NCBI RefSeq assembly: GCF_000143415.4
Contig: NW_003314271.1
Location: 620,001-684,000 of the forward strand
Origin: Selaginella moellendorffii
Taxonomy: Eukaryota > Plantae > Lycopodiophyta
Direction: 5' to 3'
DNA length: 64,000 nt
The translations under genes were made by a program, and so were the position numbers. The notes beneath the pieces are model-generated. The model worked only from the letters and a program-made list of their open reading frames with translations, made no database searches and was not told where the DNA came from. Below, piece by piece: positions 27,093 through 38,267 of this stretch. Position 1 is the first letter of the stretch. Each line of letters starts with the position of its first letter.

Positions 27093-27830
27093 GATTTTTA
27101 CCGCTTCTGTGAAGAGTGGAAGAGCTCCAGTTGAATCAACAGTGACTAGAGCAGCAAAACTTTTCGCATCAGATCGAGCCAGAAAAGAAAAACAAAACGC
27201 CAAAGACATACAGACCATAGATCTTAGACCTTACAGACCTTCGAATGTAAACTTCCTCCAAGGAGCCATTTGAGCTGGTCAGATTTTCCTGGAATCGAAA
27301 AATTAGTCCCAGCGAGAGAGGATACGGAAGTAAAATAACCTGCATGCGATCTCCCTGTCGCTTGCATTTCACTTCGAAGGAGAAAACAATAGTATTCTTC
27401 TCAGTCGCTACCGGAAAAGTCCTCTTTGGCCTTGTCGGGAACCAAACCGAGTCCATGAGCGCAGAGCTCGTCTTGAATCACCGACGTGTTCTCTTTGCAA
27501 CTAAGAAGAAAAAAATAAGTCCTTCAGACGCTGCTCCACACAGAAAAAAAGAAAGAAAGAAAGAGAGAAAGTAGCGACCTTCCGCGATCAAAATCCTCCG
27601 AAAAGCATTCGCAAGTGCGGCATCGATTCCAATCATATAGATCGCCCTCCGTCAGATATTTGATCTCCACACGGAAGTTCCGCCGGAAATCGCCGAGCCG
27701 GAGGCTGTTGTCATAGGTAACCGAAGAAGTACTGGACTCTCTCTGTCTATCGGTGGATCGATCGATCAATGCAAGAAAAATCGCTAAGAAAATCTAACCA
27801 AGCTCCAAATTTCCCCAATTTTGTGGGGTT
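27093..27830 (-). pseudogene. Degraded RPAC1 duplicate
   Basis: Colinear, deleted copies of RPAC1 exons and introns (cggaagttccgccggaaatcgccgagccggaggctg; gagaaaacaatagtattcttctc). The start-codon position reads ATT rather than ATG. Confidence 0.88.
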
Positions 27831-27883
27831 TAGGGTTCTTCCCGGTTCTGAAAGAGATCCATGGCGCGGTAAGGCGAGCAGAA

Positions 27884-29153
27884 ATGCCGGCGTCGCTTCT
27901 TCCCACATCGGCCGATTCCCAGTTTCAAATGCAGGCGTGCAATCGATCCGGCGCGCTATGCATGCTCCATGCGAACAAATCGGCATGGAGAGTTTCTTTC
28001 CGCAAAGAATGGGGCAGGGGACGATCTACGAGCAGCACGAAGAAGAGATTGCGCGTTGCTCGGTGCGCCGCCATGAGCGCTATCCAAGAATTCCAGCAGG
28101 ATTTCGGGGTGGTGGGAGCGGTGGTGGCTGGAGCTTATCTCTGGATCCAAGGCTTCGAGCTACTCACTAGATTCAATGTCCTAGACCAGGTAAAGAACAA
28201 GACGTCGTTCTTCCTTTCTTTCATCTATTTGTTTGCTTCCTCCTCCTCTGTTCTAATTGCCTCTTTCTTTCAGCGCAGAAGCTTTCTCGCAAGCTCGTCC
28301 ATATGACAACGGGTCCACTCTTCATGCTTTCGTGGCCCCTCTTCAGGTATCAACGAAAGAAAATCCTTTTCTTTCTCGAGAGCGCATCAATGTTTTTCGG
28401 TTCTTGAGTCTCAAACCGGTTTGTTTACAGCTCTTCGTCGGCGTCCCGCTACATTTGTTCGCTAGTTCCACTGGCCAACGCTGTGCGTCTTCTAATCCTC
28501 GGCCTCGGTTTGAGAACAAACGAAGGGGTGGTGAAGTCGATGAGTAGAGATGGCGATGCCAAGTGAGTGGAGTATCATTTAAACAACACCAGAAGTTTTT
28601 ATTCTCTTGCTCATCGTTACTTGTTCTGCTTTTATAGAGAGCTTTTACGAGGTCCTTTATACTATGTAGCGGTGCTCTTCATAAGCACAGTGTGCTTCTG
28701 GCGTGACTCTCCCGTTGGAATGATAGCTCTGTCTGTGATGTGTGGCGGTGACGGTAAGTAAATCCATCCAAAAGCTTTCTTTGCCTGATTCTCGCGCTAC
28801 AGGGATTGCTGACATAATAGGCAGGAAGTTCGGGCGTGAAAAGCTTCCATACAATGAGAAAAAAAGCTGGGCCGGAAGCACAGCAATGTTCGTCTGTGGA
28901 ACAGCGCTCTCTTTCGCGTGAGTGTTTTTCGAAACAAAAGCTTGGCCTTGAGTGACTCTTCCATCGTTTCAGGTCGATCTATTACTTCACGTATCTGGGC
29001 TTTTATGCCTTGGATCCGCTCGATACTCTAGCTCGTGTCACATTCATCTCGCTAGCAGCAACACTTGTGGAATCGCTGCCAATCACGTCGTCTTTGGATG
29101 ACAATCTCATGGTCCCAACGACGGCCATGCTGCTCGGCTCGATCTTATTCTGA
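27884..29153 (+). CDS. VTE5: Phytol kinase (VTE5/FOLK family), chloroplast transit peptide likely; 6 exons, intact
   Basis: Spliced product contains KLSRKLVHMTTGPLFMLSWPLF, ELLRGPLYY, GGDGIADIIGRKFG, KLPYNEKKSWAGS and ESLPITSSLDDNL. All five introns are GT-AG with matching phases. VTE5 versus the FOLK paralog is not fully resolved. Confidence 0.88.
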
Positions 29154-29900
29154 AGTAAGAGGTTCGTGACTCCACTTTCTCACATTTTATTTTAAGCAAC
29201 GGTTAAAGCGAAACAAGCTTTGATGCTAAGCTGCCATGCAACTGGGCCGGCAGGACAGCAGTGTTTGTCTGCAGAACAGCTCTCCCTTTTGCGTTAAGTG
29301 TCTAAGCATCAATACTTCAGGGATCCACTCTTGCTCGTCTCGGCTGGCCGTCAAGTCCACTGTCGGACCACTACGAAAGTGAAAACAAGGAAATGATAGT
29401 TGCGACCGTGCACGTCATGGCGCCCATGGCCAATCCAAGACCAATGAACACCAGAAAGTTATTAGCCATCTTCATGTCGTGCCTGTTTCTTCAACCTACA
29501 AACCTTCCGCTGAAAGAAATGCCAAGGACGCTGTTAATAGGGCCACAGTCTTTGATGAAACCTTAATGAAATACATTCATGAAAAGCCTTGATTCACGGA
29601 GGTCAATTGCGTACGACCGGGTTTGCTTTTGTGATCTTGACTTGGTCCCAACTAGTCACGCTGGTCGTTTCCATCTCTTGACGAAATAAAAAGACCCTTC
29701 GAAAACATATCAAATGGACTTGCTGAAAATGCGACAAAACGGAAATCAAAATGATAAGCTGATTTCTTCCGGTGGCGCAAAATCTATGAGAATCACAAAC
29801 ATAAAAGGAAAATACACTCTCTTATCCACACATGATGTGCAGTCTGCCATCACTTATTTAGACAATTGTCTTAGCATGAGACCATGGGTTAATGGATGAT

Positions 29901-30737
29901 CTAGTGTTTTTCTTTCTTTTCTATTGTAATTAAGAAGTGAAAAGTATCAATCAAACCACAATATGTAAAAGCCAATAAGAAAAGCACTATAGAATAGCTC
30001 CAGAGAAACTTTTTCAAAGACAAATTCTTCAGTTTATTACTAGCAGAACTACTTTTTTGTAGATGCACAGAGGTCACAGTACAACATACCAGCTTGCCGT
30101 CACTGTTGGCTGCGAGCGTGGCCATTTCCACGGCCTCTCCGTTGCTATACCTGCAACTCAGCTTGCCTCCCTCCAAAGAGCAGCTGGCTTTGGGATCCGA
30201 GGTACATGTCTTAACATCCAGGGAAGTATTGTCATTCTGTGTACTGTCCAATTTCTTGCAGTAGGCCACCAGCACGCCAGTGGCCTGGTCATAAGAAGTA
30301 GGAGTGCAACTATCAAGAAATTTATTGCAGGTGCCGGAGCCATCGTTTATGTTGCAACACACCATGCTTCCATCATTGTTTCCTGCATAATTCTCCATAT
30401 CAACGGGGAGGGAGTTGTCATTGGTACAAGAGAAGATTGGAGATTTGCTTGATCCCTGTCCCTGGAGTTCGCAATTGGCCACTCCACCACACTCGTCTGT
30501 GCTCAAACTTGAATTGTGTGTAGAGCCATTGACCATTTTGCATGTTGCTTTCAGGACTTTGTTTCTATAAGAGAGGGGTGTACAACTTTTCAAAAAGCCT
30601 CCGCATGATGAATCACAACTCTACAAGAACCCAAATCAAATTTCCTGGCCGCAGAAGAATTTTCTTTGGTGTGAGCTTACCACGAGTAGAAATGTGTTGA
30701 TTACAAACACCAACAACGTGCACACAAGCTTTGGCAT
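29901..30737 (-). CDS. Secreted Cys-rich cyanovirin-N-homolog (CVNH)-like protein, copy 1, with a hydrophobic C-terminal tail
   Basis: Signal-peptide exon 30737-30681 (MPKLVCTLLVFVINTFLLV), 60-nt intron, then two internal repeats FLxSC...VLxAxC...SL...(A/G)NxDGxxVCC that resemble the cyanovirin-N half-repeats. Tail contains FLWSYSIVLFLLAFTYCGLI. Confidence 0.72.
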
Positions 30738-30910
30738 TGTGCTACGATAGTTAAGGTGATTTCTAATGTTCATTAGAAAAAATTGTGATGTCTTTGAGCT
30801 TTGTTAAATCCGGAATGCACACTAAAGGACGAAATACCATGTCTTATTTCTTGCCACCACAAGTTCTTTTGTTGACAATTGTGCATTATTTTATTCTTTT
30901 TTTTCAAAAG

Positions 30911-31155
30911 GTGAAGAACAACGCCTCGAACTTTCGGGAGCCTGGTTGCCAGGTCCACTGTCGGGTCACTTCCCATGGACTTTTCATAGAGCACCACATC
31001 CTCTTCTCTCGAGCCATAAGCACTGATAGGCAGCTTCCACGTCCGCGTACGTGTTTGCTTCACTCGGCTGGAAAAAGATGGACAGTCCAAAGTGAAAAAC
31101 TTAACCAGAGCTCATGGTCAAGTACAAGAACAATGAAAAACTGCAAAGTTCCTGT
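30911..31155 (-). pseudogene. ABHD17-like hydrolase fragment
   Basis: [32 protein letters not shown] is a decayed copy of the nucleophile exon. No other exons are present. Confidence 0.82.
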
Positions 31156-31380
31156 AGAGCATAAAAGAAAATATTTTTCCACGGCCACCAGCTTTCCTAA
31201 GTTCCATCTCTCGGAGCGTATGTCCAAAGTGATGGAAAGACAAGGTGCTTCTAGTATGCCAGCTGTGATCTTCATGTAAATTTGCAAATATTTATGTAAA
31301 AGCCAAGAATAGCTCTAGAGATCAACAAGCTTTTCCAAAGACCTTTATTGTACTGAATGTTTTTATTATCTTCCTTCTGC

Positions 31381-32055
31381 TTAAACTGGTGCTGGTGCAG
31401 AACTGCAACATGCCACATTTCCATCATTGTTGCTTGCCAGAGTGGCCATTTTCACGGCGTCTCCGCTGCTATAGTTGCAACTCAGTTTGGCTCCCTGCAA
31501 AGAGCAGCTGGTATTGGGATCTGAGGTACACGTCCTAACATCCAGGGAAGCATTGTGATTCCATGTAGTGTCCACTTTCTCGCAGGAAGCCCACAGCATC
31601 CCGGTGGTCGGGTCGTAAGAAGTAGGAGTGCAACTGTTGAGAAATCCACCGCAGGTGCCAGACCGATTACTTTTCCTGCAACACACCATGTTGCCGTCGT
31701 TGTTGCCCGCATATTCCTCCATATTGACGCCGAGGGAGTTGTTACCGGTACAAGAGAAGGTTGGAGCTGATTGGCTTGATCCAGGCTGCTGGAGCCTGCA
31801 ATTGGCCACTCCACCGCACTTGTCTGTGCTCAAGCTTGACTCGTGCTTAGAGCCATTGACCATTTGGCAACTTGCTTTCAGCACATTTTCCCAATAAGAG
31901 ATGGGTGTACAGGTTTTCAGAAAGCCTCCACATGATGAATCACAACTCTACAAGAAGCCAAATAAAGTTCTTTGGTCTCAGAAGAATTGTGAGCTTACCA
32001 CGAGTAGGAATGTGTTAATTACAAACACCAACAAAGCACACACAAGCTTATGCAT
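31381..32055 (-). CDS. Secreted Cys-rich CVNH-like protein, copy 2
   Basis: Signal exon MHKLVCALLVFVINTFLLV and intron, then SCDSSCGGFLKTC...VLKASC...YAGNNDGNMVCC and a second repeat GGFLNSC...LWASC...LASNNDGNVACC. Confidence 0.72.
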
Positions 32056-32699
32056 TGTGAAATTGCTCCAAGATGGTCTACGTGGTGTTCTCTCGTTAGT
32101 TTTAAGTGATATCTTTGATCTTTCTTAAGGACGAAATACTAAAACTATTTATTAGTTCACACGTGATTTGGCATACCAATGTGCATTTTGTTAAAGAGCG
32201 AGTGGTGTAAATAAAACATGGATATGAACGAGAATAAGAACTTGGCCAGGAGCACAACAATGCTCATAGCTCTGGAAACACCAAAAGCTTGGTACTTCCA
32301 ATGTTTCACTGTTACTTTACGCGTCTGGGATTATATCTCAGAGGAATTCAGCAAACGAACGGCTCACGAGATCGTCAAAACAGCTTACTCTACTCTGTCG
32401 GCCTCAATGCATCTTGGTGGGTGCCACGAAACCCTGTAAACAGCTAATGAATGAATGAATGAATATCCCCAGGATCCACTATATCCTTTAAAGCTCGTCT
32501 CGCTACCATCAACACTTCTGGAACCCCTGCCAATCACGTCGTCTTTGGATGAGGTCCCAATGACGGTCATGCGGCTCGGCTCTATCTTCATCTCGACGCT
32601 TCGTGGCTCTTCTCATAACAAGATATAAAATTTCTTTGAAGTGAGCAGCGTAAAAAGCTCTTGCAATAAGTGGTGGTCTACCTGTAAGAACTGTTTCAT

Positions 32700-33438
32700 A
32701 AAAATACAAGCGTTTTTTCTTTCTCGTTAGTAAGACCGGGTCCTTTCGATCCCTTGCCCGTTCCTTGGGCCACTGGATTTCTAAAGAGACATGATAAACT
32801 TCTGATATACTCTGGATAAAGCTCCAAGTTGCAGTGACCCCCTCCTTTGAGCCACAGTGGCTCGTACTTTTCCTTGCAAAGATCCCACAGCTGCCATGCG
32901 AGCAATCCACAACTTCGTCGCTGGTATCCTGTGAAAATGAAGATCAGATTCCTGACCTACAACTAGAACCAAGTGGGGAAAAGAAGAAAGAATAAAGAAG
33001 AAACTTTATCACTTACGTGAATGATGAGCACGGGACAATTCACGCGTCTTATCTTTTCAATGTTCTGCAAGGAACCGAAGGTAGGAAAATCAAATCAAAG
33101 AACTCTCTTCTCATAATCAGTATGTTCTCTTGACGGGGTACATAACACGCAAGCCGGAAAGGATTGGACTATGAAGAACAACGCCTCGAACTTTCGGGAG
33201 CCTGGCCGCCAGGTCCACTGTCGGGCCACTTCCCACGGACTGTCCATAGAGCACCACATCCTCTTGTCTCACGCCATAGTCTCGCTCCAAGCACTGATAG
33301 GCAGCTTCCACGTCCGCATACATGTTTGCTTCACTCGGCTGGAAAAAGATGGACAGTCCAAAGTGAAAACCTTAACCAGAGTTCATGGCCAAGTACAAGA
33401 ACAATGAAAAACTGCAAAGTTCCTGCAGCTAAAAGAGA
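32700..33438 (-). pseudogene. ABHD17-like hydrolase copy, 5'-truncated at a copia fragment
   Basis: Near-identical to 51060-51828 but with frameshifting deletions and a lost splice donor (VKRTY*). Homology stops at ~33438, where retroelement sequence begins. Confidence 0.85.
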
Positions 33439-34470
33439 TGATGATTTTCTTGTGAAATCTCACTTTTCCAGGAACAAGAATGATCCGAATCTCTACTTTA
33501 AACGAATGGGAGATGAAGTGATTTACATCGCTGTGTATGTAGACAACACCCTACTCATTTGCAACAGCCTTGTTTTCCTAGCTAAAATCAAGGTGGCTTT
33601 CTCATCTCATTTTGAGATGAAAGACCTTGGTGAAGCTCGCTATTGCCTTGGCATCCAGATTGATTGCAGACAAGATGGCTCCCTCTTTCTGCATTAAACC
33701 AAGCATGTGGAAGATGTCCTGCAACGATTCGCCATGGACTCTTGTGCGCCTGCACACATGCCAATGGTTGCTGGCTTAAGACTTTCTAAGGATACGTCTC
33801 CTTCTACAGACTTAGATAGAAGGAAAATGGCGAACGTTCCTTACTGAAGTGCTGTGGGAAGCATGATGTACTTGGACATGACTAGACATTGCCTTCTCAA
33901 TGAGCATGGTAAGCAGGTTTCTCAACAATCCAAGCCATGCACATTGGCAAGCAGTAAAAAGAATCTTTTGGTACTACTTTTGGCTTACTTTACATGCCAA
34001 AATTCACAAGCTTACAGGGCTACTGTGATTCGGACTGGGCTGGCTGCCCAGATTCACGAAGATCACACACAGGCTATTTTTTTTAGCTTGCATCAAGCAG
34101 CTCTTTCTTGGAGCAGCAAGAAACAGAGTGTTGTGGCTTGCTCTAGTTGCAAAGCTGAGTATATGGCCGCTAGCACTGCTTGCAAGGAGGCCATCTGGCT
34201 TGGCTGTCTTCTAACAGACATGGAACACTCTTTTCCAGGTTCAATAGCGATCTATTGTGGCAATTAGGGCTACATTGCCTTAAGCAAGAATTGCAAGATC
34301 AACTCAAGAACAACATTATTTTCTTCGAGACTAGCATGAAGATGGAATCGTCAAGCTTGTGTATTGTCCTACTCAGGACATGCTTGTTGACGTTCTGACC
34401 AAGGCACTCTCCCAGCCGAAATTTTCTCAGTTTCAGGTTGCACTTGGCATCTGCGAGAGTGTTAACGTGC
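33439..34470 (+). mobile_element. Ty1/copia retrotransposon RT-RNaseH fragment (degenerate)
   Basis: DPNLYFK...IAVYVDNTLLI (YVDD motif decayed), FEMKDLGEARYCLGIQI, ALSWSSKKQSVVACSSCKAEYMA, CPTQDMLVDVLTKAL. Contains stops and frameshifts. Confidence 0.92.
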
Positions 34471-34599
34471 CAAGCCGTACAACGTACAGACAGACACCAG
34501 TGCCAACTAGGACGCCAGGAGACGTGTTGTTTTTTGACTAAAAATCTCATGAATAAAAATTCATTCAATAGTCAAATACAACAGTCTCGGCATGAATGC

Positions 34600-35184
34600 C
34601 GTTCTCTCAGTCAGCAGGCTGCTAAGTTCATTCTTGTTTGATGGCACTCTGTATTGCTGACATGGAGATGGCACACTCCTCCATTGTTGAAGCTTCACAG
34701 CTCTTAGTTGCAACACATGACTATGGGGGTCATTTAGCCGCAATGAACACCAGCAAGAAGATACTATGCGTGGGGTACTTTTGGCCCACACTCTACAGTG
34801 ACAGTGCCTAGTATGTTCAACACTCCCAACCATGTCAACAATTTCAGACTGTTTGTCTACATGATAAACACCTACTATATCCAATTCACCCAGAAGGACC
34901 GTTTATGCAGTGCAGTTTGGACTGTTCAGGACTTTGTGCTCTAGCCTCTAACATGCACACCTACATTTTCATGGCTATAAATAGCATTACTAAATGAGCT
35001 GAAGCAGTTTCTTCTCCGGTTTTTGATCAGCAAACGACTGTTGACTTTCTGTACACACATATTTGCTGTCATTTTGGAGTTCTAAGGATCCTACTTTCTA
35101 ATCGAGGATCACACTTCTTAGGTGCTATTGTTTTTGAGCTGACAACAAAGCTTGGGATTTCTCATCTGACATCAAGTTCCTACT
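34600..35184 (+). mobile_element. Ty3/gypsy integrase fragment (degenerate)
   Basis: Around 34715-34800 translates HDYGGHLAAMNTSKKILCVGYFWPTLYSD (zinc-binding HHCC region). Downstream GVLRILLSNRGSHF resembles the catalytic core. Cut off by the LTR at 35185. Confidence 0.65.
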
Positions 35185-38100
35185 TGTAGCGCATTTGAAT
35201 TTGGAGCCAAACTCCAAGCCCATTGCGCTATGAAATGAGAGTCCGATACAATCCCACGAGCATCAACTCCCTGTATCCAGCATCTGCATGCAAAATGGTG
35301 TTAGATGGAGTCTGGCACAATTTTGGCATACTGGTGATCTAACGTGAGGAGGAGGGTACCCTACCGACTAGAGTAGTGTGGAACTTGGGTTTAAACCTAA
35401 ATCGGATGCAAAACAAGAAGTGACACAAACCCCCTATTGAGGAACACATGCTTTGGACTTTCACCCCAAGCCTCTTTTGGGACAAGCTCGAAACTTACTA
35501 AATATGGAATATCCTTCTACATTCTGTAGACATGCCAAATGAGTGAATCTAAACACTTTCCATAAATAGCATTTAGGATCGAAATGAGACTAACACAAAA
35601 GGCATGATACGGTAAGCTATCATCTAGCAAATATTAAGGGACTAGTCTCAGTATCAAGGGAATTCCTAACACTAGCAAGTGCAAGCCAATAACATGAGTT
35701 TTCCCGTCACCATGTTAAGTATGCTTGACTTAATGACAACTTAGGATTTCCTTCTTTAGTGCCCTTTCAGTATAAGTGCACATGTGCTGACTAGTTTCTC
35801 AACTAGCTTGGGTGGAGACTATAAAGGGAACCAGCAGTACCAACCTTATGCCGTCGTGGCAGTAAGGAAAGAGTGTCTATAAGGACTGGCCGACAAGTAT
35901 CTTTCGATACCCGAAGCCACATTCGCGACACTCTCCCCACCCTTAGGGAAGATCAATGTCATCGTCGATGCATACCCAAGTTTAGCAAACCGTCAAGGAA
36001 ACAACTCCGAAAGTTAATGAAAAGCACACTATGTGGGAAACACACCAACTTAAATGAGTTATAGAATGACCTCTCCTTTACGTCTAAAGACGTTAAGACT
36101 CAGACACCCTCTGGCCGTCGCCGATAAGGAAATGACTAACAGAGTTAGCCACCCTTGTTGCTCCGAGTACCATTCAACTTACAAAGGAATGATACACCAT
36201 GCCTGTAGGGATATAGGGAAAAGGCCAAGCCCAACTTCCCCTGAGCAAGAAATCAACCCCGTCGGGAAGATTTAGACAACTATTGTAAACTGGCAGATTA
36301 AGTTGTTTACATGACCACGCCCCTTTTCAAAAATGAGTCATTGAGAGAGAGGCGGGGACTTGTGATCAGTCTATAATAGTTATCCCCATGGTTATGGATT
36401 GAACCCATGCACCGAAGTGCCAAAGTCAACCTACCAAAATTGACCCAAGTACTAACGAGAGAAACAAAACTTTCATTTATAAAAAGATATTACTTTATTA
36501 ATTAGCAAGATTTATTACAAGATTTACAAAACTATTCTTTATTACAATTCTTATACTCCGTGACAAGCTCACAAGCATGTGTAAGATTCCTAAGAGGCTC
36601 CCAAGTTGATTCACAAGATAGATAACCTTTCCATTTACCTAAATATTCTTTGGTTCAACCACCATGTGCCTTACGAAACAAAAGAATAGCCTCAACCTCA
36701 TACTCCAGTTCACCATCAATAACATCTGGAGCTGAGCAAATCCCTAGAGCAGCCAGGATCCTCATGATATGGGGGTAGTAAACTGACATGAAACACATGA
36801 TGAAGTCTGAACATCTCTTGTGGAATATCCAACTGAAAGGATACATCACCAAGTCGTTTCAACACCCAATAGGGTCCAACATATCTCAGTAATAGTGTTC
36901 GAGATAAAGATCCCTTAATGTTCAAATTCCGGGAAGATAGCCACACTTGATTTCCCACTCGATAGGATACATCCCGTCAATGCTGATCCTTATCACGTCG
37001 ATACCTATCCTGAGCTTTGCCCATCGCCTCAGTTGCTCTAGACCAACTTTAGCATAGCTGCTCCACATAAGTCTCAACAGCCAGAACCAACACTTCGGAC
37101 ATTAGTTTTGGTACAACAATCTATTGAGGCACCCACAAACATTCCCTTGCAATATCTCCCATTGAGAACAGCCAATAGTGTTGTGAAATGTGTTGTTATA
37201 ACAGATTTCTACTGTGTCCAAATGCTCAACTCAGTTGCGTTGGTCTGCCACAACATAGTACCGCAGATAATCCTCAACTTGAGCATTCATACGTTCGGTT
37301 TGCCCATCAGCATGAGGATGATAAGCCGTACTAAACTTCAACTTGGTACCAAACAATTGGAACAGTGTGCCCCAAAACTTCCCCGTAAATCTCAAATCTC
37401 TATCCAAGATCATCTCTTCGAGAAGACCACAAACCCACAGGACTTCATGGAAAAAGAGCTTTGGTGCTTGCTTTGCATTTACTATTTCCATAGTTGGAAT
37501 CAAGTATGCAATCTTTGACAATTGATCCACAACCACTATCAAAGTATCATAACCTTTAAACTTCGGCAAACAAGTGATGAAATCAAGTGTCACACTTTGA
37601 AATGGCCATGCTGGTGCTGGAATGCACTACAACTTTCTAGCTTGCTTCTCAATTCTACACTTACATTGCTTGCATACAGGGCAAGAACTAACATACTTTG
37701 CTACATCACCTTCCATACCAGACCAAAAAAATCCCTTTTTCAATGAAGCCAGAGTCTTTCACTTTCCACCATGTCCCGTTGCCGGAACATCATGATGTTC
37801 CTACAGAAACAACTACTGCAGATCCTTAGAGGGAAGATACAAACTTTCTTTCTTATAAAATATAAGTCCATCCCGAATTGAGAAGTGAAGTTTCGCATTG
37901 ATGCAACTTTCACTGCATCATTACTAGGGTTCTACTTCGACAACTCCACACGGTGCAAGATTGCTTTTGCCAATGGATCACTTCCATACAAAACCCAAAC
38001 ATCCTCCAACTAGTCTGAACTGATTGCTGATATTGCCCAGAACTGAGCCTGGCGACTCAATGCATCCGGAACAATATTGTCTTTACTAGATTTATATATG

Positions 38101-38267
38101 ATTTCAATATCATATTTAGCAAGCTTCTCTTGCCAACGAGCCTACTTCGGCGTAAGCTTAGGCTGTGTAACAAAGTAGCTCAGTGTGTTACTATCTGTAT
38201 AAACCTTGGTGTGTCCACCCAAGTAGTGTTTCCAGTGTTCCAAGGCCGACACTATAGCAAACATCTC

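Noticed and set aside
32385-32591. Apparent extra C-terminal exon of ABHD17 (SRSVDGSE-like text)
   Set aside because: The DNA is an antisense remnant of the phytol-kinase last exon, and the frame is not conserved in the duplicate at ~50850-50950.
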